The position numbers and the translations under genes are program-made. A stretch of DNA of 62,809 nt, the filler included, from Clostridia bacterium (GTDB lineage: Bacteria > CBDUZB01 > JAGLHV01): assembly GCA_030637025.1 (NCBI GenBank). It is 7 parts of 7 records of this genome, joined end to end, with 100 filler letters (N's around TTAATTAATTAA, not from the genome) between each part and the next. Parts side by side here need not be neighbours in the genome. Positions count along the whole stretch, not along the records: positions 1 to 11,090 come from DAOVVV010000053.1; positions 11,191 to 41,510 come from DAOVVV010000030.1; 5 more parts are not named here. One strand, written 5' to 3'. Each line of letters starts with the position of its first letter. The first letter of the stretch is position 1. This document shows, one piece after another, positions 9,462 through 19,941 of the stretch. The notes under the pieces were generated by a model, which was given only the letters and a program-made list of their open reading frames with translations, made no database searches and was not told the origin of the DNA.

Positions 9462-10162
9462 TTAAGAAGAAACAAAATGAAGATATATCCTTTAAGGCAG
9501 GACATAGAAAAAGATTAAGAGATAAATTTTTAAAACACGGGCTTAAAGCTTTTTACGATTATGAAATTATAGAATTACTTTTGACTTTAGGTACTCCCCG
9601 TAAAGATTGCAAGCAGCAGGCAAAAGAAGCTGTAAAGAGATTTAAAGGATTAAAAGGAACACTAGAGGCGTCAATAGAAGAATTAGGTAAAATAAAAGAT
9701 ATCGGTCCGCTTAATGCTTTTGGAATAAAACTTTTTCAAGCGGTAGCGGAAAGGTATCTGCAAGAGCGAATTATTAATACTGAGTTCAAAATAGATTCTG
9801 CTAAAGTAATTTTTGATTACTTATATCAATCAATGCAAAAAGAAAAAAAGGAACTTTTTAAAGTTTTTTATCTTAATAATGCTAATAAAATTTTGGAAAT
9901 AGAAGATATTTTTTGCGGTACAGTAGACCATATTGTTATTTATCCCAGGGAAATAATTAAATCTGCTTTAGACCGAAATGCAACCCGGCTTATTTTTGTT
10001 CACAATCACCCTTCCGGTAATCTAAAGCCAAGTAGTTGTGATATTCAGATTACTCAGGAACTTAAAAATGCCTGCCATGCGGTACAAATAGAATTACTTG
10101 ATCATATTATTATTAGCAGGGATGGTTATTATAGTTTTAAGGCAAATAACTTACTCCTTTAG
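9458..10162 (+). CDS. radC: RadC-like JAB/JAMM protein
   Basis: GHRKRLR N-terminus, YPREI, HNHPSG..PS..D, LLDHIII; overlaps the previous stop codon. Confidence 0.93.
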   Translation: MIKKKQNEDISFKAGHRKRLRDKFLKHGLKAFYDYEIIELLLTLGTPRKDCKQQAKEAVKRFKGLKGTLEASIEELGKIKDIGPLNAFGIKLFQAVAERYLQERIINTEFKIDSAKVIFDYLYQSMQKEKKELFKVFYLNNANKILEIEDIFCGTVDHIVIYPREIIKSALDRNATRLIFVHNHPSGNLKPSSCDIQITQELKNACHAVQIELLDHIIISRDGYYSFKANNLLL

Positions 10163-10256
10163 TCCTATCAAATAGTACAATCAATGTTTATTTTTTATTT
10201 TATAATTTAATGATTCATTTTTAAAGAAAACATTTTTAATATTTGTTGTAAATTCG

Positions 10257-10284
10257 TTGACAAAACGGAAATTTGTGCTATATT
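10257..10284 (+). promoter_or_regulatory. Sigma70 promoter upstream of the riboswitch
   Basis: TTGACA-16 nt-TATATT with extended TG. Confidence 0.65.
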
Positions 10285-10312
10285 TAAATTAGAAAAAGGA
10301 AATATGTAAACT

Positions 10313-10407
10313 TTAGTCCGAAAAGGCAAACCTCGAGTGATTGAGGGGCGCAAAGCTACGGAACTTAACTGGGTTACAAAATTGGTAAAGTTAGCCGAGC
10401 TACCGAA
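10313..10407 (+). ncRNA. c-di-GMP-I (GEMM) riboswitch aptamer
   Basis: GGCAAACC-stem-GTGA tetraloop-stem-GGGCGCAAAGC-TACGGAACTTAA...TAGCCGAGCTACCG matches the GEMM-I consensus. G at the Vc2 G20-equivalent position points to c-di-GMP rather than cGAMP. Confidence 0.9.
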
Positions 10408-10437
10408 AAAATACTTTTCCGGTAGGTCGGTTTTTTT
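10395..10437 (+). terminator. Riboswitch expression-platform terminator
   Basis: CCGAGCTACCG...CGGTAGGTCGG followed by T7; its 5' arm overlaps the aptamer 3' end. Confidence 0.85.
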
Positions 10438-10535
10438 ATATCCTGATATCCAGGGGAATTATAATACCTGGAATAGTCAAGGAGAAAGAGACAAATAAAG
10501 TATTATATGGTGGTTGAAAGAGGTATAACAAAAAA

Positions 10536-11090
10536 ATGGAATCAAAGATGATTAATATAATAAAAACAACTAAATTAACGGTAAGGGGTTCTTTATTATT
10601 TGTTTGTTTCTTAGGTGGTATATCTATATTTTCATTAGCGATGAATTCTACCAATTATACTCTTGATTGGGATGTAATTAATAGTGGGGGAGACGAGGGG
10701 AGTTCTACTAATTACCGGATAAATGTTTCTGTTGCTCAAGCTGCTATTGATTCAGCAGCAAGTACTAGTTATCAATTAGAAGCAGGCTACTGGTCCGGGC
10801 TTGCCGGTGAAGAGGCTATTTCTTATCAGACAGATAACCAGATAAAGAATAGTACTGAAGGAATTTATATTGGTAATGGTATTTATAATCTTGACGGAAG
10901 CAGTCAAACTAAAGCCCGGAATGTAAACAATAGCCAAACAGCAATTTATCATATTCGTATAGAAAACGACGGAAATAGCTCTGATACCTTTGTGGTTACC
11001 GGAACCGGAGGAGATATTAATTGGACGGTGACTTATTACGATGCCTTAAGCGGAGGGAGTAATATTACAGCTAATGTAACCGGGGGTGGA
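10536..11090 (+). CDS. Secreted surface protein with 145-aa repeat modules, 5' part (continues at 55676)
   Basis: Signal peptide, STNY..GG motifs; the 3' end matches 55676-55756 at 80/81 nt. Confidence 0.85.
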
Positions 11091-11190
11091 NNNNNNNNNN
11101 NNNNNNNNNNNNNNNNNNNNNNNNNNNNNNNNNNTTAATTAATTAANNNNNNNNNNNNNNNNNNNNNNNNNNNNNNNNNNNNNNNNNNNN
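11091..11190. other. Artificial contig linker
   Basis: N44-TTAATTAATTAA-N44 (stops in all frames). Confidence 0.99.
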
Positions 11191-12893
11191 TTAAATACTC
11201 TACCACCTATTTTAATCTGATAGATATATACCTTACCACTTACAACACACCCACTATTATCCCTACCATCCCAGATTAAAGATGTATTACTACTTGATGG
11301 TAAGTTATCTCTTACCACACTACCCGATAAATCAAATATCATTCCCTCAACTGTTTCATTATCAGGATTGGTAAAAATAAAATTAGCTATATCATTTATT
11401 CCATCCCCATTAGGAGTAATTATCTTAGGACTTAATTTAACAAAACGAGAATCTTCTTCCTCCTGGTAACCAATACTGTCTCTAATTTCAAAACCACTTG
11501 GCAACACCCCACTGGCTTCATCAATATTAGTTACCGTAATATCACTGGTTCCGGAAAAAGCATTATCATCAATGGTAACATTGGCTCGCAATTGAGTAGC
11601 ATTAATAAAATCAATGGAATTTATGGTTATTCCTATACCACTAAACATAACATCTACACCATTATAGAAATTTAAACCATTAACAACAACATCTAATGTT
11701 TCTCCGGGAAAAGCAAAAAAAGGAGAAAGAGAAAATAGCTGCGGAGGACCAAGATATTTTATGGTAAAATAATCCCAATTTGCTCCATTATCATTTCCCC
11801 CGGTGACAATAATATTATTATTATCATCACTTGTTACTCCCAACGCCCACTCAGTATTACCTCCATCATAGGTTGCCGAAGAAATAACTACTAAATTAGT
11901 ATCATATTTTATGGTAAAATAATCATCATTTGCTCCGTTATCACTATATCCAGCAACAATAATATTATTATTCCCATCTGTCGTTACTTTACTCGCGACA
12001 TCATGACTACCTCCATCATAAACAGCTGAAGTAATAACCACTAAATTACTATCATATTTTATGGTAAAATAATCATTATTTGCGCCATTATTACTACTTC
12101 CGGTAACAATAATATTATTATTACCATCTATCGTCACTCCATTCGCAAGATCATTATTCCCCCCATCATAAACTGCCGAAGAAAGAGCCACTAAACTATT
12201 ATCGTATTTTATGGTAAAATAATCCAAATTTACTACATTATAACTTCTTCCGGTGACAATAATATTATTGTTACTATCTGTCGTCACTCCACAGGCAAAA
12301 TCACTATTGCCTCCATCATAAGCTTCCGAAGAAATAAACACTAAACTACTATCATATTTTATGGTTAAATAATCACAATTTGTGCCATTATTCCTATATC
12401 CGACAACAATAATATTATTATTACTATCTATAGCCACTCCTTCCGCCTGATCATCATTACTCCCATCATAGATTGCCGAAGAAATAACCACTAAATTACT
12501 ATCATATTTTACGGTAAAATAATCCCAATTTGTTACGTTCCGGCTGTATCCAGTAACAATAATATTATTATTACCATCCACCGAAATTCCACGGTTCCAA
12601 TCACTAATACTTTCATCATAAACTGCCGAAACAATAACCACTAAATTACTATCATATTTTATGGTATAATAATCCCAATTTCCTCCATTGTCACTTTGCC
12701 CGGTAACAATAATATTATTATTACCATCTATTGTTATTCCACCCATATAATCAGCACTCCCTCCATCATAAGCTGCCGAAGAAATAGAAATCAATGTCCC
12801 TGCCCAAATTTTAACATTAAAAATAAACATAAAACCAACACTAACCAAAAAAAATAATCCCACTTTACAAAAATTTAAATATTTTCTTTTCAT
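11191..12893 (-). CDS. Secreted 7-repeat beta-propeller + Ig/IPT-like + CHU_C-type C-terminal domain protein, paralog 1 (3' end probably at 55391)
   Basis: Start MKRKYLNF with AGGAG; seven 50-aa YDGG..D...G...D.NNNIIVTG....NG.N.DYFTIKYDSNL repeats; ITPNGDGIND and WDGRD motifs. Confidence 0.88.
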
Positions 12894-12934
12894 TTGTAAT
12901 AATTCTCCTGATTTTCTTTTATTAAAAATAAAAA

Positions 12935-13102
12935 AAAATAAAGGTGAAATGTGTTTCGAACGATATAGCAAATTTTAGTGAAAATAAGCGTTAAAAAAAT
13001 AAGCCTGTCTGAGCAAAGCGAGTTGCTTATTTTTAGCTTGTTTTTGCGTGCCCGAAGGGTAAAATTATGCGTCCAGAGAGAAACATATTTTGCCTTTATT
13101 TT
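12935..13102 (+). repeat. 168-bp long-hairpin repeat element, copy A
   Basis: 22-bp terminal IR and nested stems around CTGTCTGAGCAAAGCGAGTT; other copies at 38193, 52678, 54840 and 55230. Confidence 0.9.
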
Positions 13103-13109
13103 CCCTGTT

Positions 13110-13136
13110 CGGGTGAACACAGGGATTCACCCCTAC
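13110..13136 (-). repeat. GTAG-type REP
   Basis: Minus strand GTAG-GGGTGAATCCCTGTGTTCACCC-G; second copy at 38368. Confidence 0.8.
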
Positions 13137-13197
13137 AATAACATCTCCATGTTTAACTGTTTTATCAAAATCCCCTACCCCCCTTAACTGCCTTTTT

Positions 13198-13349
13198 GGC
13201 TATTCGCCATTTGCCATTTGTAATCTTTTATCTATGGACTATCTGTTGTCCTGTCTTTTTTCTTTTAACTTTGTGCCTCCATGCCTTGATGCCTTTGTGC
13301 CTGTCTTTTATCTGTTATCTATGGACTATCGACTCTGGACTATGGACTT
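13198..13349. repeat. Short 7- and 8-mer degenerate tandem repeats downstream of recG
   Basis: GCCATTT units, ATGCCTTG-type octamers and CTATGGA-type heptamers. Confidence 0.7.
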
Positions 13350-13353
13350 TTAC

Positions 13354-15411
13354 CTACCCCACTGAAAGCCATTTTAAATTAGAACCAAATCTTTCCCAGA
13401 GAGCATCTTTTATTCTGCTTCGTTCAAAATCGGTTAAATTTACTCGTTCTAATGTTTTAAAAGCAATTTCTCGTGTTTTTTCCATAATCTTAAAATCAAT
13501 AATAATATTCCCGATTTTTAACTCCGGTAATCCGTGTTGTTGCGTGCCAAAAAACTCCCCGGGGCCCCTCAGTCGCAAATCTTCTTCTGCGATTTTAAAC
13601 CCATCATTAGTTGCCAACATAACTTCTCTTCTTCTTCTCGCCTCAAATGCTTTAAATTCCCCAATGAGAATACAATGGGAAGTATGTTTTCCCCGTCCGA
13701 TCCTGCCCCGTAATTGATGCAGAGTGGATAAACCAAAACGGTTACTGTTTTCTATCACCATTACCGTAGCATTATTCACATCTATTCCTACTTCAATTAT
13801 CGAGGTAGTGACCAATATATCCAGCTCTTTCTCTACAAACTTTTCCATTACTGTTTTCTTTTCCTTCTTTTTCATTTGGCCGTGTAAAATACCCACTTTA
13901 TAAGTAGGAAAAACATCCTTCTTTAGTTTTTCAAGCATTTTTACTGCTGCCTTTATCTGAAGACTCTCACTTTCATCTACTAAAGGATAAACAATATAGC
14001 ATTGTCTTCCCTTTTCTATTTCTTCCGATACCTTCCTATAAGCTTGTTTCTCTTTCATACATTGAGTAATAATTTTTCCCCGGCCTTTCGGAGATTCTGA
14101 TATAGTAGATACATCCAAGTCACCGTAAACAGTTAACGCTAAAGTCCGCGGTATTGGGGTTGCGGTCATTACTAAAACATCAGGATTTAGGCCTTTATTC
14201 CGTAACAAAGCACGTTGATTCACCCCAAACTTATGCTGTTCATCAATCACCACTAATCCTAACTGAAAAAAATCTACCCCTTCCTGAATAAGGCTGTGAG
14301 TTCCAACGATAATATCTATTTTCCCTTCCTTAAGTTCCTGACAAATTTTTCTCTTTTCCCTTTTTCCCATCCCTCCTGCTAACAAATCCACTCTAATTTT
14401 TAAAGGGGCGAGCATTTTCTCCAGATTTATATAGTGTTGCATAGCAAGTATTTCCGTAGGAACCATTATTACCCCCTGCCTACCATTTTCCACAGCTAAT
14501 AGGAGAGCCGCCAGAGCAACCACGGTTTTACCGCTTCCTACATCCCCTTGCAGGAGCCGATTCATTGGATGTATACTTTGCATATCGGAAAAAATTTCAT
14601 TAATTACTTTTTTTTGAGCCGGAGTAAAATCAAAAGGAAGTGTCTGACGAAAAGGAGTAAGTAATGTGCGCTTTAATCGGCAAGTAAAAGATTTTTTTAT
14701 TTTTTTTATCCCTTTCTTCTTAAAAGCCAACGCCAATTGAAAAAGAAAAAATTCGTCAAAGACAAGTCTACGGTAAGCTTTTTCCTTTTCCTGCCAATTT
14801 TGGGGGAAATGAATTTCTTTTATCGCCCAAATATAATCACAAAGATTTGCTTCATGTTTAATTATATCAGACAACATATTCTGAAAATTATCCACATATT
14901 TATCCAATGTTTTTTTTATCAAACTACGTAAAAACTTTATATTTAGCCCCTTGGTTAGTCCATAGATAGGCACAATTCGTTTGGTATGAATAAGATCGTT
15001 ATCAGACCCATCTAAAATTTCATAAGTAAAATTACTGCTTTCTAATTGAGTAAGTTTACGTTCAAAGTTACCGTGTAAGACGACATGGACTCCTGTTTTA
15101 AGAATATCCGCTAAATACATCTGATTAAAACAAATAAGAACTACTTCTCCGCTGTTATCTTTCAGGAAAATTTTTAGAATTCCATTTCTTTTTCTGGTAT
15201 AAATGATTTTCTGATTTACTACCTGAGCTTGAATGCTGGTCTCTTCCCCATCCTGAACTTTAGAAATTGCCTTCAACTGCCGTCTATCCTCATACTCCTT
15301 AGGAAAATAAGTAATCAAATCATAAACTGTTTTTACTCCCAATTTTTCCAACAATTTTGCCTTTTGCGGACCTACCCCTTTTAAATACTGCACATTATTC
15401 TTAAACATCAT
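13354..15411 (-). CDS. recG: ATP-dependent DNA helicase RecG
   Basis: QGDVGSGKT, DEQH, MTATPIPRTL, QLRGRIGRG, RGPGEFFGTQQHG. Confidence 0.97.
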   Translation of the reverse strand: MMFKNNVQYLKGVGPQKAKLLEKLGVKTVYDLITYFPKEYEDRRQLKAISKVQDGEETSIQAQVVNQKIIYTRKRNGILKIFLKDNSGEVVLICFNQMYLADILKTGVHVVLHGNFERKLTQLESSNFTYEILDGSDNDLIHTKRIVPIYGLTKGLNIKFLRSLIKKTLDKYVDNFQNMLSDIIKHEANLCDYIWAIKEIHFPQNWQEKEKAYRRLVFDEFFLFQLALAFKKKGIKKIKKSFTCRLKRTLLTPFRQTLPFDFTPAQKKVINEIFSDMQSIHPMNRLLQGDVGSGKTVVALAALLLAVENGRQGVIMVPTEILAMQHYINLEKMLAPLKIRVDLLAGGMGKREKRKICQELKEGKIDIIVGTHSLIQEGVDFFQLGLVVIDEQHKFGVNQRALLRNKGLNPDVLVMTATPIPRTLALTVYGDLDVSTISESPKGRGKIITQCMKEKQAYRKVSEEIEKGRQCYIVYPLVDESESLQIKAAVKMLEKLKKDVFPTYKVGILHGQMKKKEKKTVMEKFVEKELDILVTTSIIEVGIDVNNATVMVIENSNRFGLSTLHQLRGRIGRGKHTSHCILIGEFKAFEARRRREVMLATNDGFKIAEEDLRLRGPGEFFGTQQHGLPELKIGNIIIDFKIMEKTREIAFKTLERVNLTDFERSRIKDALWERFGSNLKWLSVG

Positions 15412-15478
15412 TTTTGCTCACTTTATACCCATCCTTTAAAACACAGCACCATCCGAAAATAAAAAAAGTAATTTTACT

Positions 15479-16186
15479 TTATTTTAACATAATCAACGAC
15501 ATCATTCTGTTTTGTTCCTTTTCCCGTCGATAAGAAAAAAAATATTCTTTTTGATGTGCGGTACACATATTACACATTGAAATATTTTTTTTCTTTATTC
15601 CCAATTCTATTAATTTTCGTTTTACCACTTTACTTAAATCCAGACTCCAGGAAGAAGGGGATTTTTTTTCCCCATCTTTTTTATTAAACTTATTCATAAC
15701 TTCCTCCCCCACCGTAAAACAACAAGGCCTGATGTGTGGTCCTATTCCTATCCAACAATTTTCCATCCGGCTATTGTAATATTTTTTCATCCTAGATAAA
15801 CCATTCTCGATGATATTCAGATAAAGACCCTTCCACCCACAATGCAATAAACCCACTGCACGATTTAAGGGATCTATGATAAATAAAGGCAGGCAATCAG
15901 CGGTAAATATAGCTAAAGGAACAACCCGGCGGTTAGTAACCAAACCATCTATACCTTTTATGTAATTATTTCTTTTTTCGTTCTCTACCACAAAAACTTC
16001 ATTGCTATGAATTTGTTCACCGTAAACTAAATTTTTAATATCCAAATCTATTGCTTTAGAAAGAATATTTCTTAATTCGGATCCCCGCATATTTCCAAAA
16101 TGCCGCGTAGTTGTAAAGATGCAAAGATTATATTTTTTACTAATATCTTCTTCGTAGATTAAACCGTTCTTAATTTTCCAAACCAT
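15479..16186 (-). CDS. pgeF: Peptidoglycan editing factor / purine nucleoside phosphorylase, PgeF (YfiH/YlmD) family
   Basis: QIHSN, DGLVT, TADCLP, HCGWKG, GPHI..CCF, FFSYRR. Confidence 0.9.
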   Translation of the reverse strand: MVWKIKNGLIYEEDISKKYNLCIFTTTRHFGNMRGSELRNILSKAIDLDIKNLVYGEQIHSNEVFVVENEKRNNYIKGIDGLVTNRRVVPLAIFTADCLPLFIIDPLNRAVGLLHCGWKGLYLNIIENGLSRMKKYYNSRMENCWIGIGPHIRPCCFTVGEEVMNKFNKKDGEKKSPSSWSLDLSKVVKRKLIELGIKKKNISMCNMCTAHQKEYFFSYRREKEQNRMMSLIMLK

Positions 16187-16213
16187 TTATAAAAAAACCT
16201 ATCTTTAATTAAT

Positions 16214-17287
16214 TTATGTTCCCCGGGTAATACCTTTAATTTGCAGGACTATCTCTTCGGGATTGGTAGCCGCGGAAAGGATATCTTCCAGATTTACTAA
16301 TCCCTTATTATACAATTGTAATAATGATTGGGTAAAAGTCTGCATCCCATAATAACCACCCTGCTCCATTGCTTGTCTTATCTCTGCCAGATTATTATCT
16401 TCTATTAATTTTTTAACTAAAGAAGTTACGACTAAAACTTCGACTGCCGGAATACGTCCTTGTTTATTAGTTAGAGGAAGAAGGCGTTGACAAATTACTC
16501 CTTTCAGTGTATCTGCTAATTGAAGACGAATTTGATTCTGATGATGGGGAGGAAAAAGGTCTATAATCCGGGTAACAGTCTGTACCGCATTAACCGTATG
16601 TAAAGTAGATAAAACTAAATGACCGGTCTGAGCAGCGGTTAAAGCTGCTGCCATAGTTTCTAAATCTCTCATTTCTCCGATTAATATAACATCCGGGTCC
16701 TGACGAACTACCCGTTTCAGTGCAAGAGAAAAATCCAGGGTATCCAAACCTATTTCCCTTTGGCTAATAAAACTATTTTTATCTTTATATAAAAATTCAA
16801 TAGGATCCTCAATGGTTATTATGTGGCAGGACCTATTAACATTAATAAAATCAATCATACTGGCCAGGGTAGTAGATTTACCACATCCTGTAGCCCCGGT
16901 AACTAAGATTAATCCTCTTGAATTATCAGATAATTTTTTTAATACCTCCGGTAAATATAAATCATGAAATTCAAGAATTTTTGTCGGCACCAGACGAATA
17001 GCTAAACTTATTGAGCCACGTTGCCTGAAAATATTTATCCTAAATCTTCCTAATCCCATTAGACTATATGATATATCACAGGCATAATTATCTTCAAAAA
17101 TATTTTTTTGCTTTTCATCCATTAAATTATAAGCAAATTTTTTCGTTTCTTCCATTGAAAGAGAAGAAAATCTGGAAAAAACCAACTTTCCATTAACCCG
17201 AAGAATAGGTTGACTTCCGGCCCGTAAATGTAAATCCGATGCTTTTAAAACAACCATTTCTTTAAGTATTTCATCTAACCCTGCCAT
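16214..17287 (-). CDS. pilT: PilT/PilU-family type IV pilus retraction ATPase
   Basis: ASDLHL, GATGCGKSTT, TIEDPIE, RQDPDVILIGEMRD, TGHLVLSTLH, GMQTF. Confidence 0.9.
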   Translation of the reverse strand: MAGLDEILKEMVVLKASDLHLRAGSQPILRVNGKLVFSRFSSLSMEETKKFAYNLMDEKQKNIFEDNYACDISYSLMGLGRFRINIFRQRGSISLAIRLVPTKILEFHDLYLPEVLKKLSDNSRGLILVTGATGCGKSTTLASMIDFINVNRSCHIITIEDPIEFLYKDKNSFISQREIGLDTLDFSLALKRVVRQDPDVILIGEMRDLETMAAALTAAQTGHLVLSTLHTVNAVQTVTRIIDLFPPHHQNQIRLQLADTLKGVICQRLLPLTNKQGRIPAVEVLVVTSLVKKLIEDNNLAEIRQAMEQGGYYGMQTFTQSLLQLYNKGLVNLEDILSAATNPEEIVLQIKGITRGT

Positions 17288-17383
17288 AATCTACTCCTTT
17301 CACAATATTTTTTATTATTTCTTCGAATTTATTTTATCTAAAATCCGTTTTATTTAAAAAATCTCATTTCTTTTAAAAAAATA

Positions 17384-18493
17384 TTATTTTAACCTTTTAC
17401 TTTTCCTTCGTAAAAAAGCAGGAATATCCAAATTCCCTTTTTGTTCCTCTTCCGAAGAAGAAATAGACCCCTCAATTTTTCGTTTATTATAATCCGGTGG
17501 TACTATAGGAAAAGGAGATTCGCTTATTGTTCTTTTTGGATTTAAGCGGGTAGCAATAACTGTAACTTTCAACTTGTCTTTTAATTCATCATCAAATGCC
17601 TGACCAAAAAAAACATTTGCATCACAAGACACAGCATCATGGATAATAGACATCGCTTCATTAATTTCAAACATAGTAATATCTTTAGTCCCGGTTATAT
17701 TTACCAATACTCCCTGTGCTCCGTCAATTGAAATATTTTCTAATAAAGGTGAACTAATGGCCATGTGGGCAGCATCTCTTGCCCTATTTTCTCCCTGTCC
17801 CTCTCCTAAACCAATTAATGCTTCCCCTGCTTGAGACATAACCGCTTTCACATCCGCAAAATCAACATTGATCATTCCGTGAGAAGTAATAATATCAGAA
17901 ATACTTTGTACCCCTTGACGCAACACATCATCGGCCACAGCAAATGCTTTTAATGCCGGAGTATATTGATCTATTATTTCAAATAATTTTTGGTTGGGAA
18001 TAACAATAAGGGTGTCTACTTTATTTTTTAAATCTTTTAAACCCTGCTCTGCCTGCTGAGCTCTAACTTTACCTTCAAACATAAAAGGTTTAGTAACCAC
18101 ACCAATAATTAGAATTTTTAGTTCTTTAGCAATTTCAGCAATTACCGGAGCACTCCCCGTCCCTGTTCCTCCTCCTAATCCGGCAGTAATAAAAACCATA
18201 TCTGCACCCATCAAAGATTCTCTTAATAAATCCCTGTCTTCTTCAGCTGCTTGCTTACCTAATTGCGGATTTCCACCTACCCCTAATCCTTTCGTCAATT
18301 TTACACCTATCTGCAACTTTTGTCCGGCAATAGAATATTTTAATGCCTGTGCATCGGTATTAACAGCAATAAATTCTACTCCTCTAATTTCAGAAAGAAC
18401 CATCCTATTTATTGCATTCCCGCCACCGCCACCTACTCCAATTACTTTTATGACTGCAGGATGCTCCTTAAAATCATCACTAAATTTTAACAT
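17384..18493 (-). CDS. ftsZ: Cell division protein FtsZ
   Basis: GVGGGGGNA, GGGTGTG, NVDFADV, C-terminal LDIPAFLRR. Confidence 0.99.
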   Translation of the reverse strand: MLKFSDDFKEHPAVIKVIGVGGGGGNAINRMVLSEIRGVEFIAVNTDAQALKYSIAGQKLQIGVKLTKGLGVGGNPQLGKQAAEEDRDLLRESLMGADMVFITAGLGGGTGTGSAPVIAEIAKELKILIIGVVTKPFMFEGKVRAQQAEQGLKDLKNKVDTLIVIPNQKLFEIIDQYTPALKAFAVADDVLRQGVQSISDIITSHGMINVDFADVKAVMSQAGEALIGLGEGQGENRARDAAHMAISSPLLENISIDGAQGVLVNITGTKDITMFEINEAMSIIHDAVSCDANVFFGQAFDDELKDKLKVTVIATRLNPKRTISESPFPIVPPDYNKRKIEGSISSSEEEQKGNLDIPAFLRRKSKRLK

Positions 18494-18633
18494 TACCAGC
18501 CTTTCCTTTCTTATGTTAAGGAATTGATTTAGCTATCAACTTTTCAACTTTAAAAAACTTCTTATTAATTCAACCTTCTTAAAAAAACAGATTAAAAAGT
18601 ATTTCATTAAGTTTGGTTTTTAATCAATTTTAT

Positions 18634-19863
18634 TTAAAACATTTCATTCATCCAGTTTTTTACTTTGTTAAAAAAAGAAAAAGATTTCCTGAAACGGGGA
18701 TTAATAAAATTACGATTTTCTTTCATCTGAGCATATTTAAGCAAACCAACCCCCGTAGCATAACGAGGATTAGAAACTATATCTACTATCCCTCCTACAT
18801 TCTGGGGAATTCCTATTCGAGTGGGCATATTAAAAATTTGTTCGGCTGCCTGACTTATTCCTTTAAGGAATGCAGTTCCCCCCGTAAAAATAATTCCGGA
18901 GGGTATCAAACTGTTATAACCACTGTTTTTTATTTCTTCTTCTACCATTATTAATATTTCTTCTACCCGAGGTTGAATTATTTCCGAAAGATGAAGCAAA
19001 GATATTTTCCTTTTCATCCTCCCATCTATACTTAAAAATTCTATCTCTTCATCCACATCAACAAGGCTGCTCAGGGCAACCCCATATTTTTCTTTGAGCT
19101 TTTTTGCTTCCGATAAAGAAGTACGTAAACCATAAGCAATATCTCTGATTATATAATCTCCTCCTATTAACAACTCTTTCGTAAAACGAATGTTTCCCTC
19201 TAAAAATATGGCTAAATCTACCGTTTGCCCCCCAATATCAACAAAAGCTACGCCTAATTCTTTTTCTGCCTGGGTAACTATTAATAAAGAAGACGCTACT
19301 AAACCAAAAACTGCTCCCTCAATAGTAAAACCGGCACGATTTATACATTTAATAATATTATTTAAAGAAGCTGTAGAAACGGTAACAATGTGAACTTCCA
19401 CACCTAAATGGCTTCCTTCCATTCCTATAGGATCCGGAACCCCTCTTTGCTTATCCACAATAAAAACTTGTGGGATAGTATGAATTATTTCCCGGTCAGC
19501 AGCAATTTGTATTGCTTTAGCCGATTCCATTACTAAATTAACATCTTCAGGAAGAATTTCTTTATCAGCCCTTGATATACTTATAGCTCCACTGCGATTG
19601 AAACTTTCTACATGCCCTCCCTTGATATTTACATAAACAGACCGCACAACATCCCCGGCCATTGCTTCCGCTATTTCTACCGCCTTAGTAATAGAATTAA
19701 CTGTTTCTTCTATATTTACAACCACACCGCCTTTCAATCCCCTACAAGCAACTTCCCCTACACCGACAACATCCAATTCGTCATTTATTCCTGTTCTTCC
19801 GATTATACAACATATTTTAGAAGACCCAATATCTAAACTTACTATATAATTGCTTTTCATCAA
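18634..19863 (-). CDS. ftsA: Cell division protein FtsA
   Basis: LDIGSSKI, VDIGGQT, TGGTA; located upstream of ftsZ. Confidence 0.97.
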   Translation of the reverse strand: MMKSNYIVSLDIGSSKICCIIGRTGINDELDVVGVGEVACRGLKGGVVVNIEETVNSITKAVEIAEAMAGDVVRSVYVNIKGGHVESFNRSGAISISRADKEILPEDVNLVMESAKAIQIAADREIIHTIPQVFIVDKQRGVPDPIGMEGSHLGVEVHIVTVSTASLNNIIKCINRAGFTIEGAVFGLVASSLLIVTQAEKELGVAFVDIGGQTVDLAIFLEGNIRFTKELLIGGDYIIRDIAYGLRTSLSEAKKLKEKYGVALSSLVDVDEEIEFLSIDGRMKRKISLLHLSEIIQPRVEEILIMVEEEIKNSGYNSLIPSGIIFTGGTAFLKGISQAAEQIFNMPTRIGIPQNVGGIVDIVSNPRYATGVGLLKYAQMKENRNFINPRFRKSFSFFNKVKNWMNEMF

Positions 19864-19941
19864 TGGTGCTCCTCATTTATAATATACAAATTTTAACTAA
19901 TTAAAATAATCAAACTAATTCAACTTTTTTTAGTTCCAACT

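Noticed and set aside
9458-10162. radC as a marker of a mobile element or defence island
   Set aside because: It is the full-length chromosomal type, coupled to a housekeeping transporter, with no mobility genes nearby.
11091-11190. TTAATTAATTAA palindrome within N runs, repeated six times
   Set aside because: Artificial all-frame-stop linker. Adjacency across it and ORF ends inside it are not biological.
12890-13717. ORFs 12890-13120, 12978-13187 and 13196-13717
   Set aside because: They are translations of the hairpin element, short repeats and the antisense of recG.
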